Below are positions 40,386 through 53,349 of a DNA stretch of 64,000 nt, piece after piece. The stretch is from positions 58,654,001-58,718,000 of the forward strand of contig NC_087436.1 in the NCBI RefSeq assembly GCF_036321535.1, written 5' to 3'. Position 1 is the stretch's first letter; every line of letters begins with the position of its first letter. Below the pieces are notes generated by a model. It was not told where the DNA came from, searched no databases, and saw nothing but the letters and a program-made list of their open reading frames with translations. The translations under genes were made by a program, and so were the position numbers. Source of the stretch: Camelus dromedarius (Eukaryota).

Positions 40386-41895
40386 TTTCTCAATTTTTCT
40401 TAGGCTAAAACTGCTGGAAAGTTAGGGTGAAGGGCTTACAAATCAAATCAGTATAAAAGTCCCTATTTAATGCAGTTAGTTTACTTAGTGTGCTACATTT
40501 AGAAATGCAAATTCAGGCTTAGATATATATCAATAATCACACTTTGGGGAGAGAAGCCTCATGGGTACTGCTACCTGGAACAGCCTGAAAGATTTGGAGT
40601 TCTGACCTCTGAAGGGGCTGAAATTTTCAAGGCTGGATACCAGAGAAGAGGAACAAGTCTGTGTGGAGATTCAGCACAGGACCTTGTCAGAAGGCTGAAT
40701 CTTTGCACAGTATTGCAGAGATCATTTATTACAGGGTTATGCACTGCAGGAAAATGTTGGGATTTTAAAACAGCTGGAGTGTGGAGACCACACAGAGGAA
40801 ACCAAGTTCATTTGAAGCCCCCAAAAGATCATGCTTTCAGGATAACTATCATCTATAAATAAAAGCAAGTCCTACAACTAATTTTAAAACTCAGAACCAT
40901 TTTTAACATAGCATGAAATAAGCCTAATAAAACCCATAATGATCTGTCAGTAATTTAATTGCATTCCAAAATAAAATTCAACATGTTTTAAGGGATGTGT
41001 GCTAATTTCAAAATCTTGAAATTTGTCATCCACAGTATCTACCATACAAACAGAAGTTTCTAGACACATGAAGATATAGGAAAATATGAGCCACAATTAA
41101 GACAAAAAAAGCAGAAATACACAAGCGTGCACATACAGACACACATAGAGGCACAGACTCATCATCCAGATATTGGAATTAGCAAAACCATTCCTACAGA
41201 CATTGAAAAGACAACAATGAAATATTATGAATCCTTTGTATCAATATATTTAACAATTTCTATGAAATAGACAATTTTCTTGAAAAACCAACTTACCAAA
41301 ACTTACTAATGAGGAAATAGAAAATCTGAAAAGTCTAATATCAATGAAATTAAAATTTATTATCAAAAACCTTCCTAGAAGAGCACCTATAGATCCAGAT
41401 GATTTTACTGGTAAGTTCTATCAACTATGTAATTTAGAAATAATGTCAGTCTCTAACAAAATATATGAAGAGGATATATCCCAATTCATTTTACATGACC
41501 CACATAGGCTGATGTTGAAATCTGACAAAACCATTATAAAATAAGATATTTAACATATCTCTTATGAATATAGACATAAACCTTTTAAAAATGTTAGCAA
41601 TTGTAAGCCAGAAATACATTAAAACATTCCTATTTATGTCTAAATGGAGTTTATCCAGGAATGCAAGATTGTTTTATAATTTTAAAATCAATAAATATAA
41701 TTCACTATATTAAGAAAATAATGTAAATGATAACTATAGGAAGAAAACTTCCAGTTGAAATAATATGAAATCCACTTGCTAACTGTGGGGGAAATAAAGC
41801 TTTTAAATTATATAAACAGAAGAAAATAATGGAGAAAAATCATAAGATTGTATCAAAAATAGCCAAAAAAGCATTTGGCAAAAATTCATCATGTT

Positions 41896-42135
41896 ATTTT
41901 TTTTTAATAGAAATATAGTTGACTTACAATACTATATAAGCTTCATGGGTACAATATAGTGACTTTTATTTTTGATATACATATAAAGTTATAAAATATT
42001 GGTTGTATTCCCTGTGCTATATATTACACTCTTGTATCTTATTTATTTTATACCTAGTGATTTGTACCTCTTAGTCCTCTTCCCATAACTTGCCTCTTCC
42101 CACTGGGAACCCCTTGTTTGTTCTCTGTATCTGTC
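41896..42135 (-). mobile_element. L1 3'-end fragment (L1MA/artiodactyl-type), antisense
   Basis: poly(T) followed by aatagaaatatagttgacttacaatactatataagcttcatgggtacaatatagtga...tttgttctctgtatctg. Confidence 0.75.
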
Positions 42136-42140
42136 GTTAT

Positions 42141-42312
42141 TCTTTTTTAAAATTTTTAAAATCTATTTTTTATTGACATATAATCAGTTTACAATGTGTC
42201 AGTTTCTGGTGTACAGCATAAAGTCCTGCATATACATACACATATTCCTTTTCATAATCTTTTTCATCATAGGTAACTACAAGATATTGAATATAGTTCC
42301 CTGTGCTATAGA
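42141..42312 (-). mobile_element. Second L1 3'-end fragment (younger, lineage-specific type), antisense
   Basis: ttttttattgacatataatcagtttacaatgtgtcagtttctggtgtacagcata...tacaagatattgaatatagttccctgtgctata. Confidence 0.75.
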
Positions 42313-42391
42313 CTGTGTTGTTATTTTTGATTAAAAAAAAAAAACTCAGCAGACTAGAATAAAAGGGATTTCTTCAGTCTGTTAAGGTGTA

Positions 42392-42727
42392 CAACAGTTC
42401 CCCCATTATCTGCAGTTCTGCTTTCCAGTTTCAGTTACCCTTGGTCCACAATGGTCCAAAAATATTAAATGGAAATTTCCAGAAATAATTCATAGATTTT
42501 AAATTGTGTACCATTCTGAGTAGCATAATCTTGCACCTTCGTGCTCCATCTGGCCTAGGATGTGAATCATCCCTTTGGCCAGCATCCACACTGTATAATC
42601 TTTCTGACCACTAGTATAGGAAAAGACATATATATGTATGTTATATAAGGTTTGATACTATATGCGGTTTCAGGCAACCACTGGGGGTCTTGGAGTGTAT
42701 CCCCCAAAGATAAGGGGGAGGCTGTTG
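42392..42727. mobile_element. MER44A (Tigger7-derived MITE), full length
   Basis: TIRs CAACAGTTCCCCCATTATC ... GATAAGGGGGAGGCTGTTG, preceded by TA. The internal aaaatattaaatggaaatttccagaaataa...tgtgaatcatccctttg matches MER44. Confidence 0.85.
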
Positions 42728-43155
42728 TGTTAGTCTCCTCAGGCTGCCGTAAGAAAGTACCATGAGCTTGATGCCTTAAAACAACAGCAATTTATTGCCT
42801 TACAGTTCTGGAGGATAGAAGTCTGAAACCAATGTGTTGCCAGGGCCATGTTCCCTCTGAAACCTATAAAGACAATCTTTCTTGCCTCTTGCAACTTTCT
42901 GGTGGTTTGCCAGCAATCTTTGACATTCCTTGGCTTGCAATTGCTTAACTCTAACCTCTGCCTTCATCTGCACAAAGCATTCTTCCTGTGTGTGTCATAT
43001 GGCTATCTTCTAATAAGGACATCAGTCATATTGGATTAGGAGCGTACCCTATTACTCTCTGACCTCATCTTAATTAATTGCACCTTCAATGACACTATTT
43101 CCAAGTACAGTCACATTCTGAGGTTTTGAGGGTTAGGATTTCAATGTATCTTTTC
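42728..43155 (-). mobile_element. MLT1 (MLT1C-like) MaLR LTR
   Basis: ttagtctcctcaggctgccgtaagaaagtacca...cttaaaacaacagcaatttattgccttacagttctggagg...gacctcatcttaa...gtcacattctgagg. Confidence 0.85.
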
Positions 43156-43984
43156 TGTTTCCCAGTATTTAAAAGGCCTATAGCTATTATCACAATTAAC
43201 AGTGAAATATTGGACAATTTTTCTAAATCCAGGACAAAGGGTATATAACCTTTCCGTAAGATTCAACAGTCTAGTGGAAATCCTAAACCAGTGTTATTTT
43301 TAAGAAAAAGAAATCATTAAATCCAGAAAATAGGGGAAATGTTCCTCTTCACAGATGTCATGATATTTATGTACAAGAGCCTAAGGAAACAACAATAATG
43401 ACAAACTACTAGAACTATTAAAAAAGTTTAGTGAAGTCTCAGGATTCATGGACAATTTAAAAAATCAATTGTATTCCTACATAAAAAAAAAATGAAAAAC
43501 AAATTTAAAACAATTTCACTACAATAGTATAAAATATAAAATATTAAAGAATAAACTTAAACTATCTATGCAACAAAACTGTAAAATATGGCTAAGAAAC
43601 ATTAGATATCTAAATGAAAGAGATATACTATATTCATATTTTGGAAGGTTAGATATTAAATCCTTCACAAATTGATGTGGAATTTAAAACAATTATAGTC
43701 ATAAATACAGAAGTTTTTTTTTAATAGATACTGATAACTTTCTTCTAAAATTTGTAATGAAATATTAAAAGCATAGAATAGCCGAGACAGTCTAGAAAAA
43801 AGAGGAAACACAAACTCCCAAACACAACTGTCTATCAAAAATAGAATGGATTAACAAGTCATGGTAAATACATACAATGAGATAATACTTAGTTATAAAG
43901 AGGCAATGAAGACTAATATATGAAATGTGGATGAAATTCACAATCATTATTAGCAAAAGAAGCCAGACACAAATTAATATTCAT

Positions 43985-44466
43985 TTGTCTCCTCAAGTGG
44001 TGGAATCTTTATGTCTTTACCTTGAACTTGGACAGAACTTTGTGTTTGCCTCAAGAAACAGATTATGGTGAAAGTGATACAATGTGATTTCTGAAGCGAG
44101 ATCATGAAAGCTCTATGCACTTCTACTGTACTCTACTGGGATGCTTTCTCTTGGAAACTACCATGCTGAGGAAATCCAAGCAGTCTTTGGAGAGAAACTG
44201 AATTCTCAGCCCATATTGCCAGATGAGCTAGTAGGTGATAGCACCAACTTAGGCAGATGAATACTTGTTCTAAAAGTACATCCCATACCTAGTCAAGCTG
44301 CCCTAACTGATGTTGCTCAGAGCAAGTTAGCCTATTTTCACGAATTATTTCCAAACTGCTGATTTGCAAAAAAAAAAAAAAAAAAAAAAAAAATCAATGG
44401 TTGTGGTTGTTTTAAGCTGCTAAATTTTGGAGTGATCTGACATGCATCAGTAATGCTTGTAATACA
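43985..44466 (+). mobile_element. MLT1 (G/H-like) MaLR LTR with expanded internal poly(A)
   Basis: Ends ...ttgttttaagctgctaaattttggagtgatctgacatgcatcagtaatgcttgtaataca, the MLT1 3' terminus; A-run at ~44368-44393. Confidence 0.75.
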
Positions 44467-45545
44467 TTCTGGTACAGGAATTAGGGTACAGTGTAGCCAA
44501 AACATAAAACATGCAGCTTTGGCTTTGGGACTGTGAGGTGAGTTGAAGCTAAAAGGAATTTAAAAAGAGTATTTGGAAAGGGTAAAGGAACTGGAGAAAC
44601 TTGCAGATGAGGGGAAAAAAGGCGTTATTGTTGGAAACTATAGGAAAGTTTCCCTTATTATTCAGTGGTGGAAAGTTTGGCAACCGTGTTTCCTTTGATA
44701 GTGTTAGTAATAAGGATGATGAATGCTAAGGATGTTTCTAAGAATAGTATTTAGAGTGCCACCTGGCTTCTTCTAATTTCCTATGATAAAATGTGAGAGG
44801 AGAAAGATGTGCTAAGAATAAACTGCTAAACATATAGGAATCAGAACTCTCTGGGTACAAAAATAAAGCTGTTTTTTATTTCTAGCCTCCCCAGATGGCA
44901 GACAATTCTCAAATTAAATAAGAGTATATTTTTAAGGCTAAAGATCAAAGCCAGAGGGGGTCCTCAAGGATCTTAAGGGTGTGATCCCACAGCTGTCTAA
45001 AAGGGAACCTAAGGTATACAGTGGAGCTTACCTCTGATTGTTGGTGTTGCTCTTGTCTAATTGAGTGTACTTATACATTGATACATAAGAAATCCACAAG
45101 ATTTTTAAAAGAATTATAGCAACTGGTACTGAAAGGAAGAGAAGCTGTACAAAATAAAAGAGGCCCTTGGACCTCCAAACTTCTTTGAGCAGGAAGCAAG
45201 CTGAGATGCCTACTCAGCTGCAAACATCATCTACTCATTATGGAGAAGTATGGATGGCTCAGAAAGCAGAACCAACAGCCTGAAGAATGGCAGGAGCCAC
45301 AGAGAACAAATTCTAGGGATATGATTGAGCCTTAATCAAGGAAATGCCAAAATGTGCCTGACTGGATTGAAAAAATTGCTGTAGACAAGTGACTCCTGAG
45401 AGTCTTCTGTTTCCTCCTTTTGAATGGGTGGCATTATAGCAGTTATCCTATGCTGTTCCACAGTTGTATTTTGGTATATGGGCATCAGATATCATGTCCT
45501 TGGTCACAGTTATTCAAATGGAATAGAATAGATCTCAAGGAGCTG
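44467..45545 (+). mobile_element. MLT1-int (MaLR internal sequence)
   Basis: Directly follows the LTR with ttctggtacaggaattagggt...gctttggctttgggactg, typical of the MaLR internal 5' end. Confidence 0.65.
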
Positions 45546-45944
45546 TAATGAAGTGGGAAGGAGAGAAAGACAGAGAGAGAGAGGCAAAATATAAATAAAT
45601 AGGGAGGTACAGGTATAAGAGAGTGCCTTAGGCTATTCTTTCAACTTTCTTTTTTTTCTTAATTTGAAATAATATTTAAATATACATACAAAAATAATAA
45701 AATAAGCAGAAAAGAATTATGGAGTCATGCCCACTTTCATTCCCTCCAAAATCTCTGATCTTTAATTCCTCACGACCTCATCTCAGCTGCTCCAGCTCTA
45801 ACTTTTCTCTCTTCTCTGAGCAAGAAGTAATAAATTTATATGATTCAGCATTAGGGGATAAGTTGCCTCTCCACATTTTAATAATACGTATCCTTTCATT
45901 TGTGCTGGTCTTTGCTGTCTACATAGGAAAAATGGAAAAACTCA

Positions 45945-46172
45945 ATAGTTAAAAGCAGGACTCAGACATTACTCCCATCTCTTCCTCTAACTGGCCCTAT
46001 GACCCTAGTAAGTTATTTAATCTCTATATCTTTTAGGTCCCTCATCTTAACTTAGAGATAATGCTGGTAAATTTACCTTCCTCTTTGGATAGCTGGAAAG
46101 ATTAAGTGAGATAAAGAATGTTAAAATGGTTTTAATGACTGCTCAATAAGTGTTAGCTATTATCATTATTTT
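45945..46172 (+). mobile_element. MIR SINE
   Basis: atgaccctagtaagttatttaatctct...ctcatct...gattaagtgagataa...gctcaataagtgttagctattatcattatt. Confidence 0.75.
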
Positions 46173-46879
46173 CATTACATAGGCTTTAAACTCTTTGAGA
46201 ATAAAGCTCCCTTCTTAGACGTTTGATTCTGCAGAGAACGTATTAGATCTCTGACTATATAATTGTATTCCATAAATGCCTGATTGACCAATTAAATATT
46301 TTTTATTATCCGAATCTATAGCAAATGCAAAGAGTAATACATCAGGCATGTGATTTAGTGAAATGATTTTTGTATGATAAAGATTCATATAAAGCAATTT
46401 TTATAATAGAAATATAATTGAAAACAATTCAGGAAACCATGATTCCACCTGGTGTCCTACAAAGACATATTGTTGTGTGTTATATAGAGTACATATAATC
46501 AGATTTTACCTGTCTTTAGGAAGAAAATGATTCACATAAGTAAATATATTTTAACATAAGCTGAAAAAACTTTAGTTACAAAATTGACCTTAAATTAAAA
46601 AAAAATTGCTATAGCTAATGCATTCAAACTATGTGTCTACTAACTTGTCCTTTGCCACTTTCACATTATCTGATTTTGAAAAAAAAAAAAAACCCTTTAT
46701 TACCCCTGTTGAAACCTCTAGATGCAATAATATATTTTCCCTTTTCACTGCTGAGAATCCATGTATATGACATCTATTGTTTCACTATTCACTCTCTACT
46801 TAATCTTCTTTAGTCTGATTTTTATCTCCCAGAAACTACCAAAAATGCATTTGCATTATCTAGGATTTTTCTTTGTCAT

Positions 46880-46975
46880 TTTTATCTTAAGCCAATCTTT
46901 TTATGCCTCAATTTCCCTATCCATAAAATCAATATCTTTCTCATGGTCATTGTGAGGAATAAATGACAGTGTCTG
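46880..46975 (+). mobile_element. MIR core fragment
   Basis: tgcctcaatttccctatccataaaat...ctcatggtcattgtgaggaataaatga. Confidence 0.6.
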
Positions 46976-49039
46976 TTTCATAGTAATTACTTTATGCATG
47001 GAAGCAATTTTCATTATTGATTCCTGAAATGCCCTCCTCTTCTTTCCTTCTTAGAATCTCTGCTTTAAAAAGTAATTCCATTTGAGGTTTGTTTTCTAAA
47101 AATCTTTCCTAATTCATTCACTATGGCTTCTAGCCTGACCTTAGAGTAATTGCTTAAATATGATAATTATTCATTATGAATCCTTAATAAATATATATGA
47201 GATTATCTTTTTAAATCTTATAATTTTTAATATATTCTTTTCAAATATGTAGTAAACTCAAGACCCAGTTCATGATTATAATTTTTTCTCTATTTCATTC
47301 AGCATCCTTTTTTTCACATTTCAGTTTAGTAGAGTTAACTGATTTATGCTGCTTCTAATGTATCTATTATTATATATTTTAGAAATCAGCAAGATAGTCA
47401 TATATAATTTCAATAACCTAGATTTATTTTAAGTAATCCACTAATATATTTGATTACTTCTGTCTTCATCTATGCCTCTTATGTCTTCTTCCCTTGAATT
47501 AGAAAGAATTACTGAGGTTTAACATTTTCTAAAAATCTTTATGACTAGATTTGAGAAAACAAAGTAAACATGGATCACAGAATAGAGAAGGAGGAGAAAA
47601 CAGAGGTAGAAGCTCAGGTTCTAATTAAGGAAAAGTGAAAATGAAGGAATGTTGTAGAGAAACAAGAAAGGAAAAATATAGAGAGAGACAATGAACAATT
47701 AAGAAGACCAGAGAACAAGAAACTAGATGAGATATAATTAAATATGTGAAAAGAGTTAGGCAGCATGAGGAAAATTAAAACATAGAAAATTAGATCACAG
47801 ATATTCATCTGGTCACATACCAAAACAACTTCCATGTGTAACTGAGCTAAGATGTAAACATTAAAGCTTAGATAATATAGGAGAATATTTATCAGATTTC
47901 TGGATTAAGGAAAATGCCTCAAACTTACAAGTGTTATAAGAAGCAATAGAAAAAGCATACAGATTTAATTTGAGAAACACAGGCCTCAAATAATGAACAT
48001 AAAGGGAAAATCCAATTAGTATATAAACTTTTCCCCACGTATTTAGTTTTTCTTATGATCAAATACAATAAAAACAAAAACTCCAGTTTTCACTTAGCAA
48101 ATCCTCAAAGGTATAACATGTACTACATTTAAAAGGTGTTAAGAAATTATAAAGCAATAATAACAATTAAAAAAGTAACTTTTAATGGGAGGTACTGCAC
48201 ACCAGGTACTATTTAAGTTCAAGCTTATTTATTTTGCTAATAAGGTATAAAATAGTATTTGGTTTTGCTATTTTAGAACATATTTTAACATTAGTGTTAA
48301 GTGATAATCAATGTTTAATGAATTTTTTTCTTTTGTTCTACCAAAATTAAATGCCATTTCAATAAACAGTTTAAAACAAATGTATATTCAGTAGAGCCAA
48401 ACTAAAAATCTACTTGAAAGGTTTAGGAGAGCCAACGAATAACAATTTTTTTAAACGAAAAAGATTTTTTTAGGGGTGGAGTTATTTACCTTTCAAAGTT
48501 GCACAGTGTCTCATAGACACACCTAAATTTTAAGATGTGAATAATCGTTAATGGAAATAAACTTAGGAAAAAAAGGAAAATCCATTCAATTGAATTAGCA
48601 TAGTATGAATCTGTTCCTTATTTACATGTGTGATACTTGAGAGCAGAAACTGTTGCACAAGGACTAATTGAGTGCTTATATTACAAAGGTGGGTACCAAA
48701 ATAATTGTGGGAGCACAAATAATTATGGTGTTAATATTCTGCCTAGCCTGAAAAATGCATATCAGCTCTGTCTACATTTACTAATCCTTCTCCTTCTCTT
48801 CTGTTCTTTTTCACTTCATGACCTCCATATTAACTGGAGAGGCAAAATAAATTTGAATCAAGTAACATATTTAAATTCTGTCTTATCAAAAAAAACCAAG
48901 TCAAAGTGAATAGAAAAAGCAATTAGGTTATAGTATGTTTCATATCTCACAATGGCAGAATTGAACTGGAGGATCTCTGAATTTATTATTCCAGATATTT
49001 TCATAATACATTTGTCCTGCTTCATTACTTCCATGGGAG

Positions 49040-49302
49040 TAGGGAGGGTGGATAGGTGGCAGAGGCATGTAGAACTGCAGTGCAACTGTTTCGGCCAGCC
49101 CACCAGGGAGCTCCAGCACAGATTGCCCACAGAAGACTCTTCTTTGAATGGAAATACCCAGGCTCCACTCCTGCAGTGCCCAGTTACTGGGTAGGAGCTT
49201 CTGGGAAGAGCATGGCCTCAGCTCGAGCACTATTGGATCTGCAGCCGCAGGTCAGTTCTTCTGGAGGGGAGATCTGAGGAGTGTACCTCTGGGGCTGCCA
49301 CA
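49040..49302 (-). mobile_element. ERVL LTR (LTR40/LTR41-like) 5' part
   Basis: The minus strand starts TGTGGCAGCC. The plus-strand ggccagcccaccagggagctccagcacagattgccca...gggaagagcatggcctcagctcg...gggagatctgag resembles reverse LTR41. Confidence 0.65.
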
Positions 49303-49609
49303 GAAGCAAGAGTGGAAGACACTCTGTGACAACGTGATAACTGACTCACCAGGAATTATTGAGGATGTTAAATTGAACAAAGCAGCCAGGCAGGACTTCT
49401 TGGCACAGGCCTGAAATGGAACTGGGGCCTTTAAAACTGAACATAGAATTTTATCTTGCCCTGGAATGGCCAAGATAGAAACTCAAACATTGCATCCTGG
49501 AAGAAACTGTCCCTACTATGTGCCATTGTAAATCTTAGTGATAGAGGATGCAAGAGAAAAACCTTGCCATCAAGAAGTTTAAATTAATGTAAATAATTAG
49601 CCTGTGAAT

Positions 49610-52600
49610 TGGCTATTCATTCCTCCTTCCCCAGCAACCCCCTGGTACTGATCTTTTTATTGTTTCTATAGTTTTGCACTTTCCAGAATGTTATATAGGT
49701 GGAATCATGCGTTATTAAGCCGTTTCCAATAGGTTTCCTTCATTTAGTAATATACATTTAAGGTTTCTTCTTAAATACCTCAGATAAGTTCCACCAAGCC
49801 ATGGTTTATAAATCTTTGTACACGTTATTGGATTCTGTATTATTGGAATCTAATATTTTATTGAGGATTTTGGCTTTTAGGTTCATGAGAGATATTGGTC
49901 TGTAGTTTTCTTTCCCTGTAATCTCTTTGCCTAGTGTTGATATTAGGGAAATTCTGGCCTCATACAGTACGTTAAAAAGTATGTCCTCTGCCTCTATTCT
50001 CTGAAAAAGATTGTAGAGAATTGGTATAAAGTTTTCCTTAAATATTTGATAGAATTTACCACTGAACCCATCTGGGCCTGGTGCTTTCTGTTTGGGAAAG
50101 TTATTAATGATTTATTCTGTTTCTTTAATAGATACAGGCCTATTCATGTGGTCTCTTTCTTGTGTAAATTTTGGCAGGTTGTGTCTTTCAAGGAATTGGT
50201 CCATTTCATCTAGGTTATCACGAGTGGGCATAGGATTGTTCAAAGTATTCTTTTCTTAACCTTTTAATGTCCATAGTATCTGTAATATATTTCCTCTTTC
50301 ATTTCTGATATTAGTAGTTTGTGTCTTCTCTTTTTTCTTAGTTAGCCTGGCTGGAGGTTTATTGAGTTTATTAATCTTTTCAAAGAACTTTGAAAGAATT
50401 TTGTTTTCATTGATTTTCTCTATTGATTTCCTGTTTTCAGTTTCATTGATTTCTGCTCTAATTCTTCTTATTTTTCTTATGAATTCTTTTGATTTAATTT
50501 GCTCTTATTTTTCTAGTTTCTTAAGGTGGAAACTTAGATTATTGATTTTAGATCATCATTCTTTTCTAATATATGCCCTCAATGCTATATATACATCTCC
50601 CTCTAAATATTGTTTTTGTTGCATCCCACAAATTTTGATAAGTTGCATTTTCCTTTAGTTCAAAATATTTTAAAATTTCTTGAGATTTTTTTTTTCTGAG
50701 ATCCACTTGTTTTTTAAAGATATGTTGTTTAATCTTCTCATATTATGGGATTTTCAAGTTTTCATCCTGTTGCTGGTTTCTAGTTTAATTACACTGTAGT
50801 CTGAGAGCAGACATCATTTGATTTCTGTTCTCTAAAATTTGTTAAGGTTGTTTTATGACTCAACATGTGGTTTATTTTGGTGAATATTCCTTGTTTATTG
50901 GAGAAGATTGTTTATACTCCTATTGTTGGGTGAAGTTGTGTATAAAGTGAATTATATCCAGTTGATTTATGATATGGTTGAGTTCAACTATTTTTAATAA
51001 TTTCTACCTGATTGATCTGTTTACTTCTGAGAGATGGGTGTTCAAGTCTTTGAGTAAGACAGAAGATTCATCTTTTCTCTTGGCAGTTCTATTAGTTTTT
51101 GTTTCACATAGATTGATGCTCATATGTTAGATGTATACACATTAAGGATTGCTATGTCTTTTTGGATGGTTTGGACAATTGATCCCTTTATCATTATGTA
51201 ACATTCTTCTTTATCCTTGTTAACTTTCCAATACATTGTTGGCATTATTTTGAACAATCCGTTATCTGTTAAGTCAACTGAGAATAAGAAAAACATAAGT
51301 TTCAATTTTACCTCCATTTAATCCTTTTTTTAATGCTATTCTTGTCTTTATTCAGATCTGAGTTTTTGACCTATATTATTTTTGTTATCTCTGAAAAAAA
51401 TTTTGACCATTATTGCAAGGTAGGTCTACTGGCAACAAAGTCCTTCGATTTTTGTTTGAGAAAGTCTTTATTGCTCCTTTACTTTTGAAGGATAATTTCA
51501 CAGGATATAGAATTCTAGGTTGTTGGTTACTTCCCTCTCAACTTTTAAAATATTTCAACCCACTCTCATTTGCATGGTTTCTGAGAAGTTGTATGTGATA
51601 CTTATCTTTTTTCCTTTATGGATAAGGTGTTTCTTTTCTCTGGATTATTTCAGAATTTGTCTTCATCTTTGATATTCTCTCATTTGACAATGATACAATT
51701 ACCTGTACTTTTGTTTTGTTTTGTTTTGTTTTGCATTTGTCTTGCTTGGTGTCCTCTGTGCTTCCTGGATCTGTGGTTTGGTCTCTGAGACTGAGTTAGG
51801 GAAATTTCTAGTCCTTATTGTTTTGAATATTTCTTCTTTTTCACTTTCTTCCTCTTCTGGTATTCCCATTACATGTATGTTATACTTTTTGCAATTGTCC
51901 CACAGTCCTTGATATTTTGCCCTTTTTTTAAAAAAAAAAATCCTTATTCTCTTCGTATTTTGGTCTGTGAAGATTCTATTGGTATACCCTTTAGCTCTGA
52001 GATTTTTAACTCAACTGTATTCTGTCTACTAATAAGCTCATCAAAAGTATTCTTCACTTCTGTTACAATATTTTTATCTCAAATTTCTTTTTGGTTTATT
52101 CTTAAGATTTCTGTTCTATTGCCCATCTGTTCTTGCATGCTATCTACCTTATCCATTAGAGCCCTTGAGAAATTAATAATAGTTGATAATTCAAACATCC
52201 CTTCTATATCTGGTTCTGATATTTGCTGTCTCTTTAAATTGTGTGGGTTTTTGTTTTGGTTTGGTTTGGTTTGATTTGGTTTGGTTTTTTTTTTTTGTCT
52301 TTTGGAACACCTTATAATTTTTTCTTGATAGCTGATCATGTTGTATTGGGCAAGAAGAACTGATATAAATAGGCCTTAGTAATGTGGTGGTAAGGTGTGA
52401 AAGGAAGGTAAGCATTTATAGCCCTTTAATTAGGTCTCAGGCTTTTAGTCAACCTATGTTCTTGGAATGTGAACTTCATGAGTTTCTCAGCGTTTTTTTC
52501 CTCTTTAGGTGGGACAAAATGGCTTAAGTGGGCTGGACTGGGTGTTTTCTTCCTCCCACATCAGTCTCTAATACTGCCCCAGCAGCTTAGGGTTTGGATA

Positions 52601-53063
52601 AATAGTTTTCCCCGAGGGTAGACCTTCTTAAGAAGAATAGAATGCTGTGGCATATTTCAAAATTATTCCCCCATCCCTCCCCGCCTCTTGCCAGATATTT
52701 ACCTAGGAAAACTAATCAAGCTCGTAGAGGTAAGTTTCAAAATATTGTGGGGGTCAACTAAAAATAGACCGTGGGATTTTTAATTCTGAGTTTTCTGCCT
52801 TAAGCCTGCAGTAATTCATCAACTACAGTTTAGGTTTTCCCACCTGGCACCATTTTCTGTGGTGGTTTCTGCTTTAAGTCTCTTCTGATAGGCCATGCCT
52901 TCAGGTATTACCTGTCTTGGGGCAGTAGCTTGCCATGTGTCCTCCCCTCTCTTATGGATGCAAGAGTTTTTTCTTTTTTCAGTGTGTTTAGCATTTTACT
53001 TGTTTTTAGGATGAAGTGGCACCTTCCAAACTTCATACATGTGAGATTGGAAGCCAGAAGTCC
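49610..53063 (-). mobile_element. L1MC-like element with 5' UTR, ORF1, part of ORF2 and a 3' UTR piece (large internal deletion)
   Basis: The minus strand begins GGACTTCTGGCTTCC at ~53063. ORF1-like peptide QISEPDIEGMFELS...MDKVDSMQEQMGN, EN-like DKEECYIMIKGSI...DIAILNVY, ORF2 down to ~49790, then a jump to L1MC 3' UTR at 49610-49770. Confidence 0.85.
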
Positions 53064-53349
53064 AGGATTTTATTTTAGGATTTAATATGTTAATATATAC
53101 AGTACTAGAATTGTGCATGCATTAAACATGATACATATTAGCTATAATTATTATAGTTTAATGAATTATCACATAATTTACCACATTACTATATAGCATT
53201 ACTGTATTATATAATGAACTTTTGGAAATGTTATTATGTATTGATATATAAAGTGTTAATACATCTTAAAATATTCTATGCATTATATAGTATTACTATT
53301 TTACTAAACAGAATTACTTTTTACATAATAGCAAGTAGAAGATTCCGTT

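Larger units (their letters stand above)
40080..43980 (+). mobile_element. Fragmented old L1 (L1ME-like) hosting several later insertions
   Basis: ORF2-like pieces at 41190-41890 (ORF 41344 PIDPDDFTGKFYQ resembles L1 PGPDGFTGEFYQ), 42330-42390 and 43165-43800, and 3' UTR-like sequence at 43830-43980. The 5' boundary is uncertain. Confidence 0.7.

Noticed and set aside
48940..49473. Several overlapping ORFs in a locally GC-richer patch
   Set aside because: Explained by an old ERVL-type LTR fragment; no coding signature.
26490..53063. Active or domesticated reverse transcriptase / ORF2 gene
   Set aside because: All L1 coding pieces are broken by stops and frameshifts; the ORF2-like ORFs in the track are only ~60-70 aa.
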